This document shows positions 39,248 through 48,494 of a DNA stretch of 64,000 nucleotides, in pieces; position 1 is the first letter of the stretch, and each line of letters starts with the position of its first letter. The position numbers and the translations under genes were made by a program. Source of the DNA: Candidatus Poribacteria bacterium (lineage in GTDB: Bacteria; Poribacteria; WGA-4E; WGA-3G); contig OZ240248.1 in NCBI GenBank assembly GCA_965198235.1, positions 480,001 to 544,000 on the forward strand, given 5' to 3'. Below the pieces are notes generated by a model. It was not told the origin of the DNA. It did no database searches and saw nothing but the letters and a program-made list of their open reading frames with translations.

Positions 39248-39994
39248 ATGGCTATCTTGACTGAATCTGAAAAGAATCAATTGGACCAGCACGGTTTTTT
39301 GCTGCTGGAAAGTCTTATACCTCCAGATACAACGACGCGGCTTCGGGAACGCGCTTTATCACTGGCTGTAGCAGAACAAAAAGACGGCAAAGGTCATTCA
39401 TACCTTGCGAATGACAGTGCACAACGCGTCTGGAATCTCGTTGACAAAGGCGAGATATTTGAAGAGGCGATTCAACAGCCAAAGATGCTCGCCGCGATGG
39501 AGTATTTACTCGGTGCTGATTGCACGCTGAGTTCCTTCACCGTAAATGTGCTTTATCCGGGCGCGCCTGATACCGGTCTCCATATCGATTATCCGTTATC
39601 TGGGCTCCCTACCCCACGTCCAAACTTCCCTATGGTTGCCAACAGCGTATGGTTTTTAGATGACTGGACGCTTGAAAATGGCGCAACAAGTTGTGTACCG
39701 GACAGCCACCGACGGCTTGAAGCATTACCTGAACCCGGTGTAGAATATGACGACGAGCTGCAGATTTGTGGACCACGTGGCTCCGTTTTAATCGTCAACG
39801 GTGCGATATGGCACGGATCTTCAGAAAATAGAACGAATGAACCACGGGTTGGGTTACTTGGTTTCTTCTGTCGTTCTATCCTAAAACCGCAGCAAGCACA
39901 CCTTGAATTAGTATCGGATGACGTTGTATCACGCGCAACACCGACCTTAAAACGGTTGCTGGGTTTCGATTCGTTGCCGAATATGAACGCTTAG
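39248..39994 (+). CDS. Phytanoyl-CoA dioxygenase (PhyH) family
   Basis: QRVWNL, LHID, ENGAT..PDSH, WHGSSEN; TTGACA-17-TAAACT promoter at 39191-39219. Confidence 0.9.
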   Translation: MAILTESEKNQLDQHGFLLLESLIPPDTTTRLRERALSLAVAEQKDGKGHSYLANDSAQRVWNLVDKGEIFEEAIQQPKMLAAMEYLLGADCTLSSFTVNVLYPGAPDTGLHIDYPLSGLPTPRPNFPMVANSVWFLDDWTLENGATSCVPDSHRRLEALPEPGVEYDDELQICGPRGSVLIVNGAIWHGSSENRTNEPRVGLLGFFCRSILKPQQAHLELVSDDVVSRATPTLKRLLGFDSLPNMNA

Positions 39995-39998
39995 CATC

Positions 39999-41018
39999 TC
40001 AATGGACAACGTGAATTTTTTCCGCCATCAATATCCACTCGGATTCCGGTGTCTTCGGTATCAATTGGTACATCAACTGGACTGTGATTGTGTCACCGGT
40101 CGCGCTGGATAAAGTGTCGAAAATGTAAGTTCTCTCCTCATTTGGGAGAAGACGGTTTTGCTTCTCAGCCGAAATTGTAATTTGCTCCTTTTGCCGTTCA
40201 GTGCCTTCTGGAGAGAGAAGTTTTGCTTCAAGAATGATGGTGCGCAATGTGCCGCCCGGCAAGATGTGGCCGGTTTTGCTCTGTAACTTTACATTCACTT
40301 TTTGAGGTGTGATTTCAAGTTGAAGTGTTGCAGCGCGCCTGAGTTGTGCGACACTACGGCTGCCGCGCCATGTATGCTTCCTACCTTTGATGCTTTCATA
40401 ACTGGCTGTGCTTTGGAGTCGGTTCACAACTGGCATGTGACATGTCGCACAACTCCTATTTCCCTCGGCGAATTTACTATTCAGAAAGCTGGAAACCTGG
40501 TCGTGCTCAGGAACGGTCGGTTGACCATGGCAGGTACTACAGAGTGTTGTTGGTGCAGTATAGATGGGGTTGGTTACGTTAGTATGGAAATAGGTCTCTG
40601 CACTTGCTGGCGGTCCGTGCATCGCGCCTCCAGCATCGAGATGGCAGACAAGACAGGAAACGCCTGCCTCCCGTTGCGTATTTCTGAGTCTCGGCATTTC
40701 TCCAATGCCTGTGGTGAGGATCGGTTGCGGGGCATGGCACTGGTCACATTTGGTTTCTCTATCCTTAATTTGATTTGCGATCTCCTGATAAATTTCGTCA
40801 ACCCATGCCTTCGCGTGCATCGAATTTTCCCATTCTCTCCAGATTGCCGGGTGGCAACTTTTGCACTTTCCTTCCTGAAATCCCTGATACGCTTCTGTTA
40901 CGCGATCTGTAGCGTCTTCAGCGCGGGGCGCGAGGTTTCCGATTAATGTCACCAACACGCATCCGAATAGTCCGAGACTTGCGGCAACTACGCGTCGGAG
41001 CGTTATCGTAAAATTCAT
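39999..41018 (-). CDS. Pentaheme c-type cytochrome
   Basis: Five CxxCH motifs: CKSCH, CDQCH, CLVCH, CSTCH, CATCH; N-terminal signal/anchor. Confidence 0.9.
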   Translation of the reverse strand: MNFTITLRRVVAASLGLFGCVLVTLIGNLAPRAEDATDRVTEAYQGFQEGKCKSCHPAIWREWENSMHAKAWVDEIYQEIANQIKDRETKCDQCHAPQPILTTGIGEMPRLRNTQREAGVSCLVCHLDAGGAMHGPPASAETYFHTNVTNPIYTAPTTLCSTCHGQPTVPEHDQVSSFLNSKFAEGNRSCATCHMPVVNRLQSTASYESIKGRKHTWRGSRSVAQLRRAATLQLEITPQKVNVKLQSKTGHILPGGTLRTIILEAKLLSPEGTERQKEQITISAEKQNRLLPNEERTYIFDTLSSATGDTITVQLMYQLIPKTPESEWILMAEKIHVVH

Positions 41019-41027
41019 CACGTTTCC

Positions 41028-42446
41028 TTACAGTGCGTTCAAGAGTGAAAGTGCTGCTGCTTCGGCACTCTGAATACAGTCTGGAATGCCGACCCCGTGG
41101 TAACCATTTCCTGCGAGTGCGAATCCTCGCAATTCGCTCGTGAACTGCTCTATACTACTCACAACATCTTGATGTCCCACCTGATACTGTGCCATTGCTT
41201 GTGAATGCTTACTAACCATGGCAAACCGTGGGGCGTTTTTGATTCCGAGAAGTGGTGTTAAATCTGCCTGACACAATTCGATGAGTTCCGTTTCAGTTTT
41301 TTTCGACGTGGGTTCGCCAACGAAGGCGCGCAACAGAACATGGTCGGCTGGGGCGCGGCTTTCAAATTTAACGCTACTGAAAGAACACCCGATGAGAGAT
41401 AGGTTTTCTGTAGCAGGGACAACGAATCCCATGCCATCTAATGGGTGTGTAACATCTTCACGACGGAATGCTAAATTGACTGTTGCCGAGGAGGCATAGG
41501 GGATCGCGTTAAGCTTTGTGGCAAGAGGACTTGGGACGCTTTCGATGAGTGCTGCTGCTTGTGGTGCTGGAAGAGCAATACAGAGAAGTTCGGCGTTTAA
41601 CGTTTCTCCGTTAGCAAGTGAAACGTGCCATCGGTTACCATCGCTCGCTTGTTGAATATGTTCTACTTTCGCATCTAATCTGATACTGTTAGATAACGCT
41701 TGGGTAAGCGTATCGGTCAGTGTCTGCATTCCAGATTTAAACGAAAGAAAAAGACTGTAGCGAGGTCCGCTTGTGTCTCGACTGGTTTGGGACGCTTGTT
41801 TTTTTTGCACACGGAGTGCTTTGATAATGCTGCCATGCGCTTTTTCCATTTCCAAGAATCTTGGGAATGTTGCCTTTAGGCTTAAATTTTCGGCATCTGA
41901 GGTATAAATACCTCCTATCATAGGTTGTGCCATGCGTGTGAAAGCTTCAGTGCCGAGGCGACGCCTGACGAAGTGTGCTACAGCTTCGTCCGCATCTCTT
42001 TCCCTGCGCGGAATAAAGAGGTCCAGTGCCATCCGCAGTTTGCCATGCCAACTGAAGAGCGGCGTTTTTAAAAACGGCATGAACGACCCTGGTGCCATCA
42101 TGTAAAAACCCTCAGGGACAGGATGCAAGGTCCCGTTCCGGATTACAAAACTCCGACGGACCTTTGGGTTGGTCCCAATGAATTGATCTGCAATACCAAG
42201 TTCTTCGCATAACGCCTTTGCCGCTGGTTTGGTGGAAATAAAAGCATCGGGACCGTGTTCAATGAGAAACCCATCGCGGTGTTCGGTTTGAATGACACCA
42301 CCGACACGTCCACCCGCTTCAAGGAGTGTAATGTCAAGCGGAATATCGCGTGCAGCAGCCTCGCGCCGCAAGCGATAGCACGCGGCTAAACCTGTGATGC
42401 CGCCTCCGATAACAATGGCATGCTTTCTACCTGAGTTTTCCGACAT
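41028..42446 (-). CDS. hemY: HemY-type protoporphyrinogen/coproporphyrinogen oxidase
   Basis: IGGGITGL, GPDAF, PMIGGIY, G.GFVVP, QYQVGH, GVGIPDC. Confidence 0.93.
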   Translation of the reverse strand: MSENSGRKHAIVIGGGITGLAACYRLRREAAARDIPLDITLLEAGGRVGGVIQTEHRDGFLIEHGPDAFISTKPAAKALCEELGIADQFIGTNPKVRRSFVIRNGTLHPVPEGFYMMAPGSFMPFLKTPLFSWHGKLRMALDLFIPRRERDADEAVAHFVRRRLGTEAFTRMAQPMIGGIYTSDAENLSLKATFPRFLEMEKAHGSIIKALRVQKKQASQTSRDTSGPRYSLFLSFKSGMQTLTDTLTQALSNSIRLDAKVEHIQQASDGNRWHVSLANGETLNAELLCIALPAPQAAALIESVPSPLATKLNAIPYASSATVNLAFRREDVTHPLDGMGFVVPATENLSLIGCSFSSVKFESRAPADHVLLRAFVGEPTSKKTETELIELCQADLTPLLGIKNAPRFAMVSKHSQAMAQYQVGHQDVVSSIEQFTSELRGFALAGNGYHGVGIPDCIQSAEAAALSLLNAL

Positions 42447-42457
42447 AACCTATGGCA

Positions 42458-42518
42458 GGGTAGGCACAAGACCTACCCCTACAGACATCGGCTCGGTACG
42501 GTTAGAAACCACACCTAC
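42458..42518 (-). repeat. Two GTAG-type REP-like palindromes
   Basis: GTAGGGGTAGGTCTTGTGCCTACCC and GTAGGTGTGGTTTCTAACCGTACCG. Confidence 0.6.
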
Positions 42519-42541
42519 CAACGAAGTGTATAAGTTCTAAT

Positions 42542-43492
42542 TTATTTTTCTTTCACAGCCTTTTCACACACAAAGTCTGCTAACATGTTGATGAATTTGG
42601 GATGGACACCGACCGTGCCTGCTCGAATGAAATCGATGCCACAGGCTTCAGCGGTTTCTGTCGCCTCTATGTCCAAATCGTAGAGCACTTCGACATGGTC
42701 ACAGAGGAAGCCGATCGGTGAAGCGACGACGGTATCGACACCTTCTTCTTTTCGGGTTTTAAGCCAATCATTGATATCCGGCTGTGTCCATGGAATAGGG
42801 CTATTTTCTACCTCACTCTGGTATGCTAAACCGAATCGAGTTTTCCCAATTTGTTTAGCGACTACCTCGCCTGTTTTTCCAAATTGTTGTGTATAAGGTG
42901 AAGTATTCGCCGCTGATTGGGGAATTGCGTGTGCTGTGAAAACAAGTTCGGCGCGTGCTAATTTGTCGCCACATGCGGTTTCGATGATTTCGGCGATGGC
43001 ACCAACGTAACCTTCGTGTGTGTACCACGGGTCGAGATAATCAATAGTCGGTTTCTCACCATCGACTGCGTCGATTCCTTTTTTTACCGTTTGTTGGTAC
43101 CATTCCCAACTGACTTTGGATTGGTGCGGTGCCATGATAATGCCGAGTATTTTGTGGTGTCCTTTTTGTGCCATTTCCGCGATGACTTCTTTTAAATAGG
43201 GATTCCAATGTCTGAATCCAGTGTAAACAGGTAGCGGCAGATCGCGCGCTTGCAGTGCGGTTTCTAATGCGTCGGCTTGTTTGAAAGTCAATTCGTTGAA
43301 TGGCGAAAATCCGCCCAATTTTACGTAGTGGGCTGAGATGTCTTTTACGCGTTCTCTTTGAGATTCAGCTGCCCCGGCAATCCCCTCCACAAAGCAGTAG
43401 GCTTCACCGGGACACATATCGTTATTGTATTTTTGACAGCAGCCGGGTGTTGGTCCACCGAATGCAACGAGTAAGACACTATCGTATCTCAT
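42542..43492 (-). CDS. hemH: Ferrochelatase
   Basis: LLVAFGGP, HY..LGG.SP, VFTAHAIP, AYQS, PW..PDI, GFLCDHVEVLYDLD. Confidence 0.93.
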   Translation of the reverse strand: MRYDSVLLVAFGGPTPGCCQKYNNDMCPGEAYCFVEGIAGAAESQRERVKDISAHYVKLGGFSPFNELTFKQADALETALQARDLPLPVYTGFRHWNPYLKEVIAEMAQKGHHKILGIIMAPHQSKVSWEWYQQTVKKGIDAVDGEKPTIDYLDPWYTHEGYVGAIAEIIETACGDKLARAELVFTAHAIPQSAANTSPYTQQFGKTGEVVAKQIGKTRFGLAYQSEVENSPIPWTQPDINDWLKTRKEEGVDTVVASPIGFLCDHVEVLYDLDIEATETAEACGIDFIRAGTVGVHPKFINMLADFVCEKAVKEK

Positions 43493-43504
43493 TTTTGTTT
43501 CCTC

Positions 43505-44962
43505 CTATGCCATATTCGCTAACTGTGCTGGCATATACCTTGCGTCAGCGGCGATCGCCTTCGCGAAAGCTTCACGTGCGAGCGTCTCGTCTCCATTTGT
43601 GCGGTGCGCAAGTCCGATACAGAAGTATGCTTGTGCAAGTTGCGTCCCCTGAATTCCGATGACGAGAGCTTTATAGATGGATTCCAGTCCTATTTTTGTT
43701 TCGTCGCCGTTACGATAGGCAGAGAGAATGTGGTTGTACCCACGCAAAAGATGTGCTGGCGCGTGATTAGGGTCCAATTCAAGTGCAACATTGAGTGCTT
43801 TTTTAGCCTCGGCGAAGAAGTCACCCTTCTCAAGGACACTTGGCACGGTGCGGGACGCTTGTGTGAGCAAATCCGCGTATGCTGTCCACGCGTCGGGTAG
43901 ATTCGGATATTTTTCGGTTGCGGTTTTCAAGATAGCAATTGCTAAGCCAAAATCATTGCCTTCCGCGACCTCTTCGGCGATTTCTCGGTAAGCCTGAAAG
44001 TCTTCAAGTTCGTGTGTTTTTTGGTGAAGTTTTTCGGTATCCGCAGTTGGAATAGCTGAAGGTTTCAGATGTTGCCAACCCGGCTCTGGACCGTCGATTA
44101 ACCCACGATATACCCTTAAAATCGCATAACGGGGTGTTCCCCATACTTCAGCAATAGAGCGAATCCAGTCGGGTAAGTTGGCTTCCATTTCGGTAAGCAG
44201 TGTGTTTAAGGACATGCCCTGTTCAACACGTTTTCGGACTTCTGTTAGGAAATAGGACTCAATCTCAAGCAACAGGTCAATTTCGGCATCACGCGCTAAG
44301 GGTCCGTGTCCCGGTAGGACAGATTTAGGTTCGTATGCCTGGAGTTCTTTAATTGTGTTGATCCAATCGTGGTTCGCCATGAGTCCTTCATTCATAACGG
44401 GCTGTCCAAAGATGGGAAAACTCCCTGTCATAACGGTATCACCAGAGACGATGCAATCTTCTGCTGGGATCCTGATGGCAGTGGCATCATCCGTTTCTGC
44501 CTTTCCTAAGTGAACGAGGTGCAGCGGTTGATTGCCTAAATCGAGTTCGGTTTCGTGTGTGAACGTCTGTTGTGGTAGAAAAGGAGGATCGCCCAGTGTG
44601 AAACCGCGGGAACGCAGGAATGCCTCCTGCCGCGGCGACCTGTTCACCATAAAATCTTTGGTCATCTCGCGAGCGACAACGGTTGCCCCGGCTTCATGAA
44701 AAATAGTGTTTCCATTGGTATGATCCCAGTGGTAATGGGTGTTAATTGCGTACAGTATCGGTTTATCAGTAATGGTACGGATTGCATTGCGCAACCGTCG
44801 TGCCATCATTTGGTTTACCTGTGTATCAATTACCGCAACCCCTTTATCTCCAATGATAATAGAAGAGTTTACAATATTGCGAAAGAGATACACCCGTTCT
44901 GTTACTTTAACGAGCTGTCCGTATTGTCGTGGTGCAAAGGGGTTTTCGAGGATGTTTCTCAT
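43505..44962 (-). CDS. MBL-fold metallo-hydrolase with C-terminal TPR domain
   Basis: THYHWDH, SGD, PGHG; TPR-like helices at the C-terminus. Confidence 0.85.
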   Translation of the reverse strand: MRNILENPFAPRQYGQLVKVTERVYLFRNIVNSSIIIGDKGVAVIDTQVNQMMARRLRNAIRTITDKPILYAINTHYHWDHTNGNTIFHEAGATVVAREMTKDFMVNRSPRQEAFLRSRGFTLGDPPFLPQQTFTHETELDLGNQPLHLVHLGKAETDDATAIRIPAEDCIVSGDTVMTGSFPIFGQPVMNEGLMANHDWINTIKELQAYEPKSVLPGHGPLARDAEIDLLLEIESYFLTEVRKRVEQGMSLNTLLTEMEANLPDWIRSIAEVWGTPRYAILRVYRGLIDGPEPGWQHLKPSAIPTADTEKLHQKTHELEDFQAYREIAEEVAEGNDFGLAIAILKTATEKYPNLPDAWTAYADLLTQASRTVPSVLEKGDFFAEAKKALNVALELDPNHAPAHLLRGYNHILSAYRNGDETKIGLESIYKALVIGIQGTQLAQAYFCIGLAHRTNGDETLAREAFAKAIAADARYMPAQLANMA

Positions 44963-44970
44963 CAATTTTC

Positions 44971-46050
44971 CTACAGTGTTTTTGCGATGTGTACGAAATG
45001 CTTAACATTTTCAAATGGTGTGTCTCTGTGCAGACCGTGGTTCAGGTTCAAAATATGCCCAGTTTTTCCGCCCTGTTTTAGACAGGTCTCAACGGCTGCT
45101 GTGATATCGGCAGGTGTACCATCGCGAAGGATGTCGTTATCGACGTTTCCTTGAAAGGCGACGGCACCGTTTGTGTTTGCCTTGGCTTTGCTAAGATCCA
45201 CACATTTCCCAATGCTTAAGACATTTGCCCCGCTCTGATGCATTAAATCCACATAGTTGCATTCTTTTGCGAACAGAATTCCTGGTGCCTCTGGATTGAG
45301 TTCGGTGAAGATTCGCTGATGATAAGGAAAAGCGAACTCTTCATATATCTGCCTCGGTAAGACATCGGCGATAGACTCGAAAAGTTGCACTATTTGAACA
45401 CCCTCGCTGATTTGGTAGTTCAAGTAGTTAACAGTCATTTCGGTCAACTTATTTAGGAGACGATGTAAGAGTTCTGGTGCTTCTTCCATCATTCGGAAGA
45501 CTGGAGCCGCTTTTTCAGATATTCCTGAACCACGCTTGATCGGACTTTCCCCTGCGATGAGGAAAAAGGCAAGGGTCAAAGGTGCCCCGGCGAAACCGAT
45601 GAGGGGTAGTTCTTCGTTCAAGGTTTCGCGTAGTTTGCGAATGACCTTTCCTGTGAACGCTAATTGTGTGGAAGGATCATCGACGGGTCGAAGCGCGTCT
45701 ACTTGTGCTTGCGTGCGGATCGGCGGGTTTAAAATGGGCCCTGGATCGAATCGGAAATGCGCGCCCATAGGTGCCAAGGGAGTAAGAATGTCCTTATAGA
45801 CAATGATGGCATCGACACCGATACGTTTGGGCAGAAGTGATATTTTGACCGCTGATTCGACATCTGTTTGGGACATCGGTGCGGGGCAGGTCCGAAAGAG
45901 CCGTTCGAGCGGAAGGTTAAGCTCACGTCGAATTTGTCGGTAAACGGGATCTGACCTGCCTGCCTGCCGCATCATCCACACTGGAACGCGCTCCACCGGC
46001 AGACATTTCGATGCGCGAAGCAGTAAGTCATTTTTTAATTGTCGTTTCAT
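44971..46050 (-). CDS. hemE: Uroporphyrinogen decarboxylase
   Basis: PVWMMRQAGR, DIL, LIGFAGAP.TL, QGNVD, NL.HG. Confidence 0.92.
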   Translation of the reverse strand: MKRQLKNDLLLRASKCLPVERVPVWMMRQAGRSDPVYRQIRRELNLPLERLFRTCPAPMSQTDVESAVKISLLPKRIGVDAIIVYKDILTPLAPMGAHFRFDPGPILNPPIRTQAQVDALRPVDDPSTQLAFTGKVIRKLRETLNEELPLIGFAGAPLTLAFFLIAGESPIKRGSGISEKAAPVFRMMEEAPELLHRLLNKLTEMTVNYLNYQISEGVQIVQLFESIADVLPRQIYEEFAFPYHQRIFTELNPEAPGILFAKECNYVDLMHQSGANVLSIGKCVDLSKAKANTNGAVAFQGNVDNDILRDGTPADITAAVETCLKQGGKTGHILNLNHGLHRDTPFENVKHFVHIAKTL

Positions 46051-46069
46051 ACTGATCGGAATTACCTCT

Positions 46070-46918
46070 TTAGCGCGCTTTCAAATTGCCCCACGTCGTC
46101 GCCAATTTGCCTGTAGGTTCTACTGGAGCAACACCAAGAACTTTGCCCACACCTTCTTCCATGAGCGTTTTCAGATCCGCCTCGCTCAAAGCATCGCTGA
46201 ACATCGCCACATCGTCAATGATGCCTTTGAAGTAGCCACCGTCACATCCGTGACCTGCCGGGCAGAGTCCACTTCCGATGAGTAAGCCTTTTTCAGGTGC
46301 CCCGACCTTATTCGGTCCCTTCGCCTTAAATTCGCCATCAATATAGAGTTCGTATTCAGTGCCGTTGTAGATACCGGCGACAAAATACCATTCGTTTGGT
46401 TTATTCACTGGTGTGTTCGCAGCGGCACAACCGGCTTGGCAACTTTTGAACTCAAAGTTGCCGCCGTTCCAGAATTCAAACCACCAATTCGCGCCGCCAC
46501 CGTCACCCGGATTACCGTTTGCGATGATAAGGGTAGCTGACCCTTTACCCCCCGGATTATTGCCTCCAATAGTGGTCGGATGCATCCAGAAAGTGACTGT
46601 GAACACCTCCGGATTGAACAGAGGTGACGGAGCGATTTCAACGTAATCATCTTTTCCGTCGAATATAACGGCTTGCCTGAATTGTCCGTCTTCCCATTTC
46701 GTGCCTTCCTTGAGTTCGCCATCGTTGCCGTTTCCGGATAAATCTTCGGCAATTTTTCCATTACCTTCATCGAAAAGCCAGATTCCAGCAACTGTCTTTG
46801 GGTCAATTTTGGCGTTACTTGTCGTAGCACAGTATAGGGTGAGGCATGCAAACCCGAAGCCTATCAGAATCCAATACTGCTTGGGTTTGCTAACAAGGAA
46901 TCTTATGAGAGAATTCAT
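46070..46918 (-). CDS. LamG-like jellyroll protein with C-terminal VEPxGKLATTWGxLK motif
   Basis: W.FDEG.G..A.D.SGNGNDG, W.FVAG.Y, LYIDG, F.G.IDDV. Confidence 0.88.
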   Translation of the reverse strand: MNSLIRFLVSKPKQYWILIGFGFACLTLYCATTSNAKIDPKTVAGIWLFDEGNGKIAEDLSGNGNDGELKEGTKWEDGQFRQAVIFDGKDDYVEIAPSPLFNPEVFTVTFWMHPTTIGGNNPGGKGSATLIIANGNPGDGGGANWWFEFWNGGNFEFKSCQAGCAAANTPVNKPNEWYFVAGIYNGTEYELYIDGEFKAKGPNKVGAPEKGLLIGSGLCPAGHGCDGGYFKGIIDDVAMFSDALSEADLKTLMEEGVGKVLGVAPVEPTGKLATTWGNLKAR

Positions 46919-47259
46919 TGTGAAATGTCCCCTTTTTGGTGTCGTTCAAGAAACTGCCGTAGTTTGGCAAAACTTTTTACATTTTTCATGATTCTGCCGC
47001 TCTCCCGTTCTTCGAGATAGAGAAAAAAGCCCATAAAATAGAGGCTCACTAAAAACAGCAGAAATCCAGTGAAACACTGTGCGATTGCCCAATAATTTGG
47101 TTGAAAACTCAGGTAAGGGGTGACAGCCACGGTGTCGCTTTTTGCGTCGGCTGAGCCCTGCTGAGGCCATTCTACCGAAACGAAGCCACCCCACCCAGTT
47201 ATTCCAAGAGATAAGAAAGCGATTGAAAGGACAAAAAGGATGAAAAATGGGATGCCCAT
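46915..47259 (-). CDS. Small two-TM membrane protein
   Basis: Two hydrophobic segments; ATGA overlap with the LamG gene. Confidence 0.65.
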   Translation of the reverse strand: MGIPFFILFVLSIAFLSLGITGWGGFVSVEWPQQGSADAKSDTVAVTPYLSFQPNYWAIAQCFTGFLLFLVSLYFMGFFLYLEERESGRIMKNVKSFAKLRQFLERHQKGDISQ

Positions 47260-47271
47260 ATTATTTACCGG

Positions 47272-48342
47272 TTAGGCAGAAACTTTTATCAAGCCCTTGG
47301 TGCAACCGTCTTCGCGATTGCGTACCTTTGTTATCCCTTCAACAAGTGATTCGAGTGAGAACTCGTGGCTGATGATTCTGTCCATGTTGACATCGCCACT
47401 CGAAATGAGTTGTACTGCTTCTTCCCACGTATCAGGTGCCAGCCAAGAGAACCTGATGGTTTTATCCATAAGGATCGTATCGAGAATGGGAACCTGCATT
47501 ATATCTGTATCGCCGGGGAGTCCGAAGATAACGACAGTTGCGTGTCTGCCTGTGACTTCTAAGGCGGTATGGATCGCGTCGAGCGAGCTGGTAGCCGTAA
47601 TTGCACGATCTGCCAATTCGCCGTCGTTGAGTTCCTGAATCATAGCACCTAAGTCTTCCACATAGTGAGAAGAATTGGTATCGCTGACGTTGACGACTAC
47701 GTCAGCACCGAGCTCCTTACCGCAGTCCAAGCGATAATCACGGGTTCCGACAAGGAGAACGTTTTTCAAGCCACGGCTTTTTAGGACTTGCACCATCATC
47801 AAGCCGATGGGACCGGGTCCGAAGACGACAGCGGTTTGTCCTTCCTCGGCGTTGAGATTATTGACAGCGTAAAGTCCGCAAGCGAGCGGCTCCGTTAGTG
47901 CCCCTTGATCGTATGTTACATTTTCGGGTAACTTGACTGTCCAACGATAGTCTGAGACTGCGTACTCCGCAAAACCACCATCAACCCCTACACCTAAGAC
48001 GCGTTTTTCGGGACATAAGTTGGACAATCCTTTCTGACTCCAGAAGGAATCTGGATTTGATTGAACAGGATTGACGACAACCCGATCACCTGCTTTGAAT
48101 CCACCTATTTCTCCTGCTTCGCTACCAACTTCGACGACTTCACCAGTAAATTCGTGTCCAAGGATAAGCGGTCCTTTTCCGTCATCGGTTTCAAGCGAAC
48201 TATTGCCAAAATAATATGCTACGTCCGAACCACAGATACCTACCGAACGGACTTGGACGAGCAAGTCATTGTCACCGGCGGCTGGCACGGGCCGATCTTC
48301 GAGGCTCATTGATTCAGGCTCATAGAAAATTTGGGATTTCAT
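47272..48342 (-). CDS. Zinc-binding alcohol dehydrogenase (sorbitol/threonine dehydrogenase-like)
   Basis: GICGSD, GHEFTG, GPGPIG; most structural-Zn cysteines lost; GAGGAGG RBS. Confidence 0.9.
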   Translation of the reverse strand: MKSQIFYEPESMSLEDRPVPAAGDNDLLVQVRSVGICGSDVAYYFGNSSLETDDGKGPLILGHEFTGEVVEVGSEAGEIGGFKAGDRVVVNPVQSNPDSFWSQKGLSNLCPEKRVLGVGVDGGFAEYAVSDYRWTVKLPENVTYDQGALTEPLACGLYAVNNLNAEEGQTAVVFGPGPIGLMMVQVLKSRGLKNVLLVGTRDYRLDCGKELGADVVVNVSDTNSSHYVEDLGAMIQELNDGELADRAITATSSLDAIHTALEVTGRHATVVIFGLPGDTDIMQVPILDTILMDKTIRFSWLAPDTWEEAVQLISSGDVNMDRIISHEFSLESLVEGITKVRNREDGCTKGLIKVSA

Positions 48343-48494
48343 TATTTGCCTCCTCAAGTTTGTAATGAATGTAGTAATTTTAGCATATCTGAAATTTAAA
48401 TTACAACGAAATTCAATCCTCAACGCCAGTATATTTGGTTTTCGGATGGACGGTTATCAGCATTCGGTGTTTAGTTGTTAGAAAGCGACCTATG

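Noticed and set aside
15960-39994. PhyH proteins as Fe/2OG halogenases
   Set aside because: All three keep the HxD carboxylate (HQD, HQD, HID) rather than HxA/G
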